IMG/VR virus record: IMGVR_UViG_3300012952_002053
Span: 20,962-84,961 of that record
Direction: 5' to 3' (one strand)
Source of the DNA: a virus
Lineage: Duplodnaviria; Caudoviricetes
Length of the DNA stretch: 64,000 bases
Each line of letters begins with the position of its first letter. The first letter of the stretch is position 1. Below are positions 40,286 through 49,076 of the stretch, piece after piece. The translations under genes and the position numbers were made by a program. The notes below the pieces were generated by a model. It was not told the DNA's origin and made no database searches. It saw nothing but the letters and a program-made list of their open reading frames with translations.

Positions 40286-43200
40286 TTAATATCCACTACC
40301 GCCGCCTCCGCCACCGGATCCGCTACCGCCTGATCCGGAAGAGCCGCTTGTTGCACTTGTACCTGAAATAGTATTATTGGTTACATCTGAAGTTGAGGTT
40401 GTTGAACTTGGAGTTGTACCTGTTTCTTCTGTGTAGTTTCCATGGAAGAAAGTAATACCATTTGGCATATAAAACGTTTTCCCAAAGAAGTCATGTTCGT
40501 GACTGGTTCCATTACCTGCAAAGTCCGCCGCTTCTTTTGTTGGATATAATGGATAGTATCCATTAATTGCAAAAGGTCCAACTTCTGCTGTTGGGTTTTT
40601 ATACGATGTAAATGTAGGTGTTGCTGAGTTAGGTTTAATATTCTCTTTTGTAATTTTATCTACAATGTCAATATCAGTAACTGATGCTGTACTTAAGAAT
40701 AATTCATCACTATCACATTTAACTTGGAATAAATCTCCGAATACTCCGTTTGCTTTTTTAGGAACAATAACTATACTTCCTATTGTGTTTCCTATTTCCT
40801 GATGTATATAACTACTGAGTTCTGTGAAGTAAAAAGTATCACCGAACTCCCAATTTTCAATGTTAAAATATTTATTAATTGCTTTAACAATATTTGTTTT
40901 GATTTCGTTATCGCTTATGCTTGTACCTGGCAGTCTTACAACTTTAAATCTTGCTTGTAATTCTGCAGGTGCATCATCACCGAATAACAATTTAAATCTA
41001 CCACTTTTAAATAACAGTTGGTCACTTGCTGATTTAAAAGTTTCTAAATTTTGAAATTCTGTTTCAAGTTCTAGTGTACTTGGTTCTTCTGGGAACGGTG
41101 TACCTGGAACATTAAGATATGCTTTTACTTGGTCATAGTATGAACTTGTAAGTACGAACATTTCATGTACATTACTAATACTAGGATCAATACGTTGGTC
41201 ATTGTTTGCAATGTGAGTCCACTTAAACAATACATTATCTACTTTATCTTCTTTTGTATTCTGTGTAAAACTCTTACCAATTTTTGCTCTGTGTGTTGAA
41301 CTCTCATAGTGGTTCACTACGTTTAAATTTGTACTACTATAGGACATTAGATATACTTTGCCTGTATCTGCCGCATAAACTTTTTTATTGTGCAACTTAC
41401 CAGCAACGTTGTCGAAGCCGCCATTAGCACCTATAACACTTTCAGTTTTAACTAAAAAGTATTCGTAATCAGCAACATTATAATATGTACCAGTTAATGC
41501 ACTTGCATCACCTGTTGAGTTTCCTGCAATTCTATCATATGTGCCACTAAAGTTTACACCGTCTTCTCTTCTTAAATCCAATATACCTGCTTTAACAGGT
41601 TTTGTATATGTGTATCCATCGAAACTATTAAAGTCTTCAAATAATACAATATCTTGAGGACCAACAAAATCATTAAATTGTGTTGGATTGTCTGGGCTGT
41701 CATCATTTGTTGAATTAAATGGAGTTACTTGTACTTTTCTTGCATCAGTATGTCCGTCTGCGTATGTAAAGTTTTTCACTGCCGCCCATGTAATAGACTT
41801 GTCTAATTTATCTTTTGCTCTAATATAATTGATGTTTAAAACATCTTTACTTGATAGTCCACTACTATCAATTGCATAGTGTCTGTTAGTATCAAAGTTT
41901 GTTACAACTAATGTACCTGTTCCTGCAGATACATTTGCATTAGCAACATAAATGTGTCCGCCTTGCATGTTTGATACATTACCAACGTCATTATAAACAG
42001 TATTATTATGCTTGTAACTAATATGTCCATTTGCATTCATTATGCTATGACCAAATGTACTAGAAGTAAAGTCAACATTTAAACTGTCAGGTAAACTGTG
42101 AATTTGACCTGTGTTGTTTGAAATTGTAACGTTGATATTACTTGTTAAATCTGAGGTGTCAAAGTTTGTTCCTAATGCAATATTATAATTGTTTACAAAA
42201 CTATTACCTGTAGAATCTCCATTTTTAAATAGTCCAAAGTTAGTTGTAACATCTATTTCAACTTGGTCAAAACGTATGTTTCTAGTTTTCAAAGGAATAT
42301 CTGTGAATGTAACACCATCACCTGTAGAGTACCACTTGTCTCCAATAAAGTCTGGAGTTGTTGAAGTATCTCTCCATTCGAATGTTTCTACACTACTTCC
42401 TTTTGTATTAAGTGTTGGTAATTCTAAAGTATCATATTTTGCTCTACCTGTAAAACTATCTACTATTCTGTTTTCATTAATGTTGTAAAATCTTACATCT
42501 TCAAAACTTTCGAAAATGTATCTTGTACCACGCAATTCGACATTATATCTGTAAGACAATGTATCAATTGATTCATATACAAATTTAATGATCCAACTTC
42601 TGTCCCTTTGATTACCTGATGTATCTTTTGCGTTACCTGTATCAAATGTACTTTTTAAATCTATATTATTGTTGTTGATTACATAAAACAAATCTGCTGT
42701 TGCGTCATAACCTAAACCAAAAGTTTTCTTACTGTCAATTGCGGCTTTAATTCTTGCTTGTTCAACTTCATAAAATCTAGTTCTTAATGTTGTAATAATT
42801 TCTTTACCTAGCCAACCGTCTTTTACATTCTCACTTAATCTAAAAGGCCCATTTGCAGTTGTACTTGAACTTACACGTCTGCCGTTGTCTCTGATAGAAA
42901 CAATTTTTACCCATTGTTGTATGGTTATGTCGTTAGGGTCTACAAATTTTATTAAGTGACCTGGTTGTATTAATGCTAGGTTACTATTTGCTATATTAAC
43001 ATCACTAACAGTTCCTACGTTAGTAAATGTTTCTGTTAAAAATCCTGTGTCGTTAAGGTCAGTTTTAGGCAATGTATTCCATTTAATGCCATACTGATCC
43101 AATAAAAATTTATTTGGTTGTGCTTGTTTCCATTTATCTCTAAAATCACTATAAACAAAATCTTGTAATTCTAGATTTTTAAGATAAAGTGGAAGTACTT

Positions 43201-44731
43201 TTTCAATCTGCTCAGTAGCAGTATTATTGTTGTCAATTATAAAAGAACCTGATCCTGCAACACTTTCTTTATAAAGTGCTCCGTCTTCTGCAATAGAAGT
43301 TGTTGTTTGGAATGTTGATGTAGGATCTGTGATATCAATATACCTACTGTGACCAGCATGTGTTCTATTAGTAACTTTTAATTTTTCGATGTTTGTGCTT
43401 TTTGCTAAAGGCAGTACTTGATAATCTTGTGCCGATACCATTCTGTCTTGTGCATAAAAACTTTGTGGTGCTCTTTCTTTAATACCTGCCAATGTTTCTT
43501 CAGGCAATGCATTGTTAATTGCTACTTGCAATCTAGATGTAATTGTTAAGACATAACTTTCACCTCTTTGATTTATGTAAGGTACAGTTGTTACTACATC
43601 ACCGACGTCGTCTGGCTGTATGCTGTATCTTTCATTTGCACTTACTCTATAAAATGCTCTGTAGTTTCCAACTGGAACATTTGCAAAGTTTCCATCTGCA
43701 AATTGAAGTTCAATACCGTCTGTTCCTACATTCTGTATTGCATACAACAAAGGACTACTTTTTGCTAATGTGTTAAACTGCAAAGTTTGTCCAACTGTGT
43801 TTGGAATTTTTTTCCATTTTGTAAGCACTACATTGTTATCATTTATTTGTTGGAAATAAACGTCCGTTTCATTTATTCCCTCTGCACCAATTACTTGTCT
43901 TCTATTTTCTACAGGCTCTTCAAAATTATAAGTTACTGAGTTTAATGTTCCTTGTTTGAACATTAAGAAGAATCCGTTATTTGTGCTTGATAGTCCTAAT
44001 CCATCATTCCTGTGTATTATTCCAAAGTTATTTGTTGGGTCAGGATGTTTTTCGTAAAAATGACTGTTGTCTTCAAAATCTGCATTTACAATTTCGAAGT
44101 CTCTGCTAACACCGTTTATATTCTTTTTATACTTGTAAACAAATGGCTGATTTATTCCTGTATTAATTTCATATAAATCGGTAATAATTTTATTAATAGA
44201 ACCTGTCTTTACAGGTTTACTGAATCTGTTGACGTTACCAAATGCACTATTCATTATTGTAATGAATTGTTCGTATGCGTCTGGATTGTTAGCATCGTTC
44301 CATGTAACAGTTCTATTTCCAATTTCTGTACTGGCACTATCTGTTAATGGCTCTGTTGTTGAAATACTTACTACTTTTAGCAAGCCACTAGCCGCAATAT
44401 TTCTTTTTGGATTGTATCCTAATTGTCTTGCTAGTTTGAATACTGAGTCTCTTCTTTCTGCAGTTTCTAAAAAGTTCTCTCTAGTATTAACATCCATTCT
44501 GAATGCAATACTTTGAGCCAAATATGCTAACAATTCTATAATAGCAATGAACTCTGAACTTTCAATGTAGTCGTTGAAGTTTTCTGGGAAGTTAGTCCTA
44601 ATGTAGTCAATCATTGCAGTACGAATTGTTTCAAAATCGTATGCCTGAAAGTTTACTTGGCTATATGCCTGATAGGCTACGTCCCAATCTTCTGCCGCGA
44701 ATAAATTGTTCTGTCTGTTGCTCAACGCCAT
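40286..44731 (-). CDS. gp6: Baseplate wedge subunit, T4 gp6-like
   Basis: YDFETIRTAMIDYIRTNFPENFNDYIESSEFIAIIELLAY...ENFLETAERRDSVFKLARQLGYNPKR; IKERAP..FYAQDRMVSAQDY. Confidence 0.85.
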   Translation of the reverse strand: MALSNRQNNLFAAEDWDVAYQAYSQVNFQAYDFETIRTAMIDYIRTNFPENFNDYIESSEFIAIIELLAYLAQSIAFRMDVNTRENFLETAERRDSVFKLARQLGYNPKRNIAASGLLKVVSISTTEPLTDSASTEIGNRTVTWNDANNPDAYEQFITIMNSAFGNVNRFSKPVKTGSINKIITDLYEINTGINQPFVYKYKKNINGVSRDFEIVNADFEDNSHFYEKHPDPTNNFGIIHRNDGLGLSSTNNGFFLMFKQGTLNSVTYNFEEPVENRRQVIGAEGINETDVYFQQINDNNVVLTKWKKIPNTVGQTLQFNTLAKSSPLLYAIQNVGTDGIELQFADGNFANVPVGNYRAFYRVSANERYSIQPDDVGDVVTTVPYINQRGESYVLTITSRLQVAINNALPEETLAGIKERAPQSFYAQDRMVSAQDYQVLPLAKSTNIEKLKVTNRTHAGHSRYIDITDPTSTFQTTTSIAEDGALYKESVAGSGSFIIDNNNTATEQIEKVLPLYLKNLELQDFVYSDFRDKWKQAQPNKFLLDQYGIKWNTLPKTDLNDTGFLTETFTNVGTVSDVNIANSNLALIQPGHLIKFVDPNDITIQQWVKIVSIRDNGRRVSSSTTANGPFRLSENVKDGWLGKEIITTLRTRFYEVEQARIKAAIDSKKTFGLGYDATADLFYVINNNNIDLKSTFDTGNAKDTSGNQRDRSWIIKFVYESIDTLSYRYNVELRGTRYIFESFEDVRFYNINENRIVDSFTGRAKYDTLELPTLNTKGSSVETFEWRDTSTTPDFIGDKWYSTGDGVTFTDIPLKTRNIRFDQVEIDVTTNFGLFKNGDSTGNSFVNNYNIALGTNFDTSDLTSNINVTISNNTGQIHSLPDSLNVDFTSSTFGHSIMNANGHISYKHNNTVYNDVGNVSNMQGGHIYVANANVSAGTGTLVVTNFDTNRHYAIDSSGLSSKDVLNINYIRAKDKLDKSITWAAVKNFTYADGHTDARKVQVTPFNSTNDDSPDNPTQFNDFVGPQDIVLFEDFNSFDGYTYTKPVKAGILDLRREDGVNFSGTYDRIAGNSTGDASALTGTYYNVADYEYFLVKTESVIGANGGFDNVAGKLHNKKVYAADTGKVYLMSYSSTNLNVVNHYESSTHRAKIGKSFTQNTKEDKVDNVLFKWTHIANNDQRIDPSISNVHEMFVLTSSYYDQVKAYLNVPGTPFPEEPSTLELETEFQNLETFKSASDQLLFKSGRFKLLFGDDAPAELQARFKVVRLPGTSISDNEIKTNIVKAINKYFNIENWEFGDTFYFTELSSYIHQEIGNTIGSIVIVPKKANGVFGDLFQVKCDSDELFLSTASVTDIDIVDKITKENIKPNSATPTFTSYKNPTAEVGPFAINGYYPLYPTKEAADFAGNGTSHEHDFFGKTFYMPNGITFFHGNYTEETGTTPSSTTSTSDVTNNTISGTSATSGSSGSGGSGSGGGGGGSGY

Positions 44732-44733
44732 GT

Positions 44734-45105
44734 TTAAATCTCTTTGCTATCTTGTGTATATTCTATAAACAAGGTATCTTCATCTAAAAACGGCTTTAAT
44801 AATAATTGTACTTGTACCCTAATTGTGTGGTCTATTACTTGCGTAAATACACTCTCAATTTCAACTCTAGGATCTTTTAAACAAATACGTTGAACTTCTT
44901 CTCTAATTTCTTGTTCAACATAATCATCTAAAGGATTCATTATTAAGTCGTAAATTTTAGTACCATAGTTAGGACGCATTACACGTTCACCTCTTCTGGT
45001 AGACAACTCGTTGAGTAGGTCATTTTTCACAGCCTCACCATTTGTTAGTGTGTATGGTGGTCTGATCCTGTCCTTTGTACTAAAGCCTTTGTAAATGTTT
45101 GCCAT
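44734..45105 (-). CDS. gp25: Baseplate wedge subunit gp25-like
   Basis: VKNDLLNELSTRRGERVMRPNYGTKIYDLIMNP, the GPW/gp25 family signature. Confidence 0.9.
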   Translation of the reverse strand: MANIYKGFSTKDRIRPPYTLTNGEAVKNDLLNELSTRRGERVMRPNYGTKIYDLIMNPLDDYVEQEIREEVQRICLKDPRVEIESVFTQVIDHTIRVQVQLLLKPFLDEDTLFIEYTQDSKEI

Positions 45106-45110
45106 ATCAA

Positions 45111-45142
45111 TATTTATCTATGTCAGTTAAAACACGTTTTAA
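45111..45142 (-). promoter_or_regulatory. Late promoter GATAAATA with upstream 16-bp palindrome
   Basis: GATAAATA at 45118-45111; TTAAAACGTGTTTTAA at 45142-45127 (perfect 7-bp arms); 8-nt gap. Confidence 0.75.
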
Positions 45143-45150
45143 TATAGCCA

Positions 45151-45188
45151 AAAAAAAGGTTGACTTTGGGTTACTTTTACTACATAAT
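45151..45188 (+). promoter_or_regulatory. Sigma70-type early promoter
   Basis: A-tract, then TTGACT (45160-45165), 17-nt spacer, CATAAT (45183-45188). AAAAAGGTTGACTT is shared with the promoter at 59079. Confidence 0.75.
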
Positions 45189-45238
45189 ACTGAGAGCATA
45201 AGAAATTATGCGTGTTTTTGTTATACATAGGAAAACAA

Positions 45239-45523
45239 ATGAAAAACATTTTAGAAAAGTTTAACAATATTGTTGAGCAGGCCCATAAAGCCAATAAACT
45301 TATTGCGGCAAACGGATATAAGTGGACTACCGGATATGGTCCTAGATTCCGTAAAATGATGCACTTCCGTAATAAAAGAGTGCATTCCATCGGTATTTTT
45401 GACTACCACACCAAGAAATATGTACTATTTGAAATGGTCAATATGGTGGGTCAGCCTAAAAACTCCATTCCCTCAGAACTTTTAGACATGGAGAAATTAA
45501 TACTAGATGCAGAACTTACCTAA
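45239..45523 (+). CDS. Hypothetical early protein
   Basis: ATG 45239 after an AGGA RBS, downstream of the early promoter. Confidence 0.75.
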   Translation: MKNILEKFNNIVEQAHKANKLIAANGYKWTTGYGPRFRKMMHFRNKRVHSIGIFDYHTKKYVLFEMVNMVGQPKNSIPSELLDMEKLILDAELT

Positions 45524-46139
45524 TGTAGCATTCATTCATGGCTCGGGACAGAGCGGACACAGTTTTAATTACTTAGAAATCTTTCTGCCTGAGCACAACT
45601 TAATAGAATTAGAATATCAAACTCAAGAAGATCCAGAGACAATTCTCAAACGATTTGAAATGCAAACTCATGCAAAGTTTGGCGTTGAGCCTTTCTTTAT
45701 AATTTCTCATAGTTATGGAGGACTACTAGCATCTCTGTTTGCAAGTAACAATGACAAAATACAAAACATTGTAACATTAAGTTCTCCTTGGAACGGCAGT
45801 AGAACTGCAGGTTGGCTTAGTATGGTATTTAGACAAAGTAAATTGTTTATGAATATGAAGCCTAACAGTAATTTTATAAAAGAAATTCAACAAATGGAAT
45901 TAGATATTCCAATACTTAATGTTGTAACTACTGGAGCAGAAGGTGGGTCTGGAAATGATTTGGCAGGCATGGGAGCCGCTAATGATGGACTGCTAACTTT
46001 ATTAACTCAAAGGTCAGTACCTGAAGGATTTTCAAATTGTAAAACAATTGAAGTTCCTTTGAGCCATAACGAAGTACTCTTATGTTATGACACGGTAAAT
46101 ATAATTAAACATCACACCTTTGGAGTTGTAAGTGAGTAA
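45507..46139 (+). CDS. Alpha/beta hydrolase (lipase/esterase-like)
   Basis: FIHGSGQS oxyanion motif, SHSYGG nucleophile elbow, NDG acid, SHNEV His, LSSPWNGS. Confidence 0.85.
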   Translation: MQNLPNVAFIHGSGQSGHSFNYLEIFLPEHNLIELEYQTQEDPETILKRFEMQTHAKFGVEPFFIISHSYGGLLASLFASNNDKIQNIVTLSSPWNGSRTAGWLSMVFRQSKLFMNMKPNSNFIKEIQQMELDIPILNVVTTGAEGGSGNDLAGMGAANDGLLTLLTQRSVPEGFSNCKTIEVPLSHNEVLLCYDTVNIIKHHTFGVVSE

Positions 46140-46353
46140 CGTTAATACATCTTTAAATAATACCCTGGAAGAAGAACTTAGAGTAATGCTAGTACAAGCA
46201 AATAATAATTTGAGAGCATTACAGCAAGAAAACGATTTTCTAAGAGATGCAGTAAAAGAAGAACAAGACGGCAAATACAGAGCCTATGTTAGACTTTCTG
46301 ATTTAGAAAAAGAATTAAGATTGTTAAAACAAGAAATTAATTGTAAGGTCTGA
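46132..46353 (+). CDS. Small coiled-coil protein
   Basis: 73-aa heptad-rich ORF coupled to the hydrolase. Confidence 0.65.
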   Translation: MSNVNTSLNNTLEEELRVMLVQANNNLRALQQENDFLRDAVKEEQDGKYRAYVRLSDLEKELRLLKQEINCKV

Positions 46354-49075
46354 GTCTTTTTACTTGTCTATGTAGGTCTAAAAGTTCGTAGGCTTTTAAA
46401 TCATAATCACCATTTTTAGCCAAAATCATTGCAATTTTGGGCCACATGCTATCTGATGATTGAAACAAGAGACTCATTAAATTTCCTTTGCTGACATAGT
46501 TAGATGAATTACCTTTTTCATAAAGAAACATTCTAGCAACATTTCTTTTTGTACTGTTGTTGCTTTTGTTAAGTAAACTAACTACAGGGTGTTGTTGAAA
46601 TATACTAGGTCCAGTGTGATGATGTAACAATGTTGTAGCCGCTATTTGTCCTAATGACATTGGTTTTTTAATTGTATTTCTTACACCCAATCCATGCTGT
46701 AATAAATCATTTGCTAATAAATTTTTACTAGCCTGTTTGCTTATGCCTGTTGAGTTTCTGTTTACAAACATCATGCTCTTTGTTCTATCATCTCTAACAA
46801 CATAAGCCTGGTCATTACTACCAAACTTTTTTGGCATAATAGAACTGGCTTTTTCTATTCCGTATTTAGATAAATCTGTGTTAGGTCCTGCATTAGCAAC
46901 TATGTCTGAAATTTCTTTTGTGGACAAAGATTTAGAACCTTTTGGATATATCATGGTTGTTGCTGATGTAGGATCAAAGTTTTTACCATCTCCCCATGCA
47001 ATGCAACCTGCTTCTCTTTCTGCATCTCCCAGTATGTGTTTATATCCCATTACAGTAGCACCACCCATGTCTGGTGGTATAGCATCAAAGTCACCTGCAA
47101 AAGATAAAGGTACTTCACCTGCACTAAAATGCGTTGAAGTTGAAATTCCATCTGTGAGTGCTGGAGCAACTTGACCGTCAAACGTTGTTGCTAGTCCTCC
47201 TCCCATTGCCATTTGAGATTTCATATTTGGCATTGCCTTGTAATCTGGAACCATGCTACTAGCAGTTGGTGGATTTTTAGGAGCACCTGTGGCAGGATCA
47301 AAATATTGATTTCTTACATGTTGGTCCAACATGCCACCTTCTACTCCATCAAAACCTGTTCCTAAGTCATAAGAGCCATCATCATTTACAACACTATCAG
47401 GTCCTTCATATCCTGTGCCAGATGTTGCTGGAGGATATCTCCTGCCTAAGTCTCTATCTACTTCACGTTGGTCTTCTGTATAACCTGTGGGTACAGTTTT
47501 GTCTTCTGTTAAATGATTAAACCAAGGTTCTCTGGTGGTTATCATAGTTGTTGTACTTGCAACATCTATTTTTTCTCCACGTTCATCTTTGAAGCCTGCT
47601 GTGTCAGTAACATTTGTTGGTAATTCACCAGGGTCAGATTTTCTCACACCGCCCGTTGGTATTGGATTTTTGTTTCCTGGACTTTCATGGTCATAAGAAA
47701 AAACAGGAATACTTGTAGGTTCATCTTTGAATACTGTTACTGTTAATGGTTCTATTGGACCAGGTACAACACCTGAACTTGAAGACCCGCCATCATTTAA
47801 ATGAACTGTACTTCCTTTGACAAAACTTTGTCCGCCAGATACAATATGGGCACTACCTCCTGAACTTACAAATGAATCAGCACCTGACTCAATTGTTGTA
47901 CTTCCTGTTGTTTTTGTTTTAATAGAACCTTCGCCGTATAATGCTACCATACCTTTTGTAGATACTTCTATGTCTCCATCTTTGGATTGCATTTTAATAC
48001 TTTTGTTTGTTAATGAATTAATGGTGTCACCTGCTTGTAAGAAAATATCGCCGCCTGTTTCTGCACCCAATTTTAATGTGTCTACAGTACTGCCTGCAGA
48101 TTCTAATAGCCCTGCATTTATGTTTACTCTCTTTCCACCGTCTATATTAACTGTATCGTCTGCTCTAATGTTTACGTTTGATGTTGCTCTCATGTTTAAA
48201 TCTTCATCACTAAACACATTAATACTTCCGTCTTTTGCCAATTCAACCCATGCGGTACCAGGACTATTAATAACATACACAATTTCATTTGTATCATCTA
48301 ATAATAGTTGGGAACCTCCTGCTGTTCTTAATCTAATATGTCTTTGGTCTAAATGGTCATCCATTACAAAACTATGACCACCTAATCTATTTGTTCCATC
48401 CATTGCACCTGTGTCAACATTTTTGTCCATTGGGCCAGGTGTTAATATACCATAAACTTGTGAAGGACTTTCTCTTCTTGCACCAGCAGTAGTTATACCT
48501 CTTATTGGGTCTTTAACTAACCCTTGTTTAATAATGGGCCAAGCAATATAAGGATTAAGAGGTCTAGCAACATTTTTGCCTTGACTCTTATCATCTGATC
48601 CTCTATTTTTTTCTGCTACAGGCAAAGGTTGTTTTGTTCCAAATGTAGTTCCTGCAGGATTACCTGGGACCATGTTTTGCATTTGGTCCGGAAACATACA
48701 TCCTATAATAATTGGATTTTTCTTTTTACCGTCACCAAAAATTACTAACACAAAATTACCAGGGTCAGGTGGTACCATCCACATGCCATATGTTTTCATT
48801 GTGTCTTGATATTTTTCTTTTTGTGGTCCTACCTTTGCACTAGGTGTTGTTCCTGCGAAAGGAGAACTCCAATAACAGTTAAAGTATCCTCTTGGATCGT
48901 TTCTGTCTTTTGATAACATTGGAATATAAACAGGAATACGTCCACTATGACTTTCATCTTTAGGTGTAACAATTACTTCACCTATGTAGATACCCATATC
49001 CAAGTCGGCATCTGCTCGTAACTTGTCTACAGGATTTTTTCTACTGGTTCTATATTCGTCTGCTTTATAACCCAT
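46337..49075 (-). CDS. gp5: Baseplate central spike, gp5/VgrG-like, with divergent C-terminal lysozyme-like region
   Basis: N-terminal OB-fold (GRIPVYIP...WSSPFAG...YGMWMVPPDPGNFVLVIF), GHSFVMDD...IRLRTAGGSQLLLDD, beta-helix repeats. Confidence 0.8.
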   Translation of the reverse strand: MGYKADEYRTSRKNPVDKLRADADLDMGIYIGEVIVTPKDESHSGRIPVYIPMLSKDRNDPRGYFNCYWSSPFAGTTPSAKVGPQKEKYQDTMKTYGMWMVPPDPGNFVLVIFGDGKKKNPIIIGCMFPDQMQNMVPGNPAGTTFGTKQPLPVAEKNRGSDDKSQGKNVARPLNPYIAWPIIKQGLVKDPIRGITTAGARRESPSQVYGILTPGPMDKNVDTGAMDGTNRLGGHSFVMDDHLDQRHIRLRTAGGSQLLLDDTNEIVYVINSPGTAWVELAKDGSINVFSDEDLNMRATSNVNIRADDTVNIDGGKRVNINAGLLESAGSTVDTLKLGAETGGDIFLQAGDTINSLTNKSIKMQSKDGDIEVSTKGMVALYGEGSIKTKTTGSTTIESGADSFVSSGGSAHIVSGGQSFVKGSTVHLNDGGSSSSGVVPGPIEPLTVTVFKDEPTSIPVFSYDHESPGNKNPIPTGGVRKSDPGELPTNVTDTAGFKDERGEKIDVASTTTMITTREPWFNHLTEDKTVPTGYTEDQREVDRDLGRRYPPATSGTGYEGPDSVVNDDGSYDLGTGFDGVEGGMLDQHVRNQYFDPATGAPKNPPTASSMVPDYKAMPNMKSQMAMGGGLATTFDGQVAPALTDGISTSTHFSAGEVPLSFAGDFDAIPPDMGGATVMGYKHILGDAEREAGCIAWGDGKNFDPTSATTMIYPKGSKSLSTKEISDIVANAGPNTDLSKYGIEKASSIMPKKFGSNDQAYVVRDDRTKSMMFVNRNSTGISKQASKNLLANDLLQHGLGVRNTIKKPMSLGQIAATTLLHHHTGPSIFQQHPVVSLLNKSNNSTKRNVARMFLYEKGNSSNYVSKGNLMSLLFQSSDSMWPKIAMILAKNGDYDLKAYELLDLHRQVKRLRPYN

Positions 49076-49076
49076 C

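Noticed and set aside
40286-40400. Gly/Ser-rich repeat at the gp6 C-terminus as a DNA repeat element
   Set aside because: It is a low-complexity protein tail encoded with varied codons, not a tandem DNA repeat.
17897-43776. Many plus-strand ORFs of 60-280 aa antisense to structural genes (for example 30709-31551, 21469-21987)
   Set aside because: They are shadow frames of long, codon-biased minus-strand genes, lack RBSs and have no recognisable motifs.
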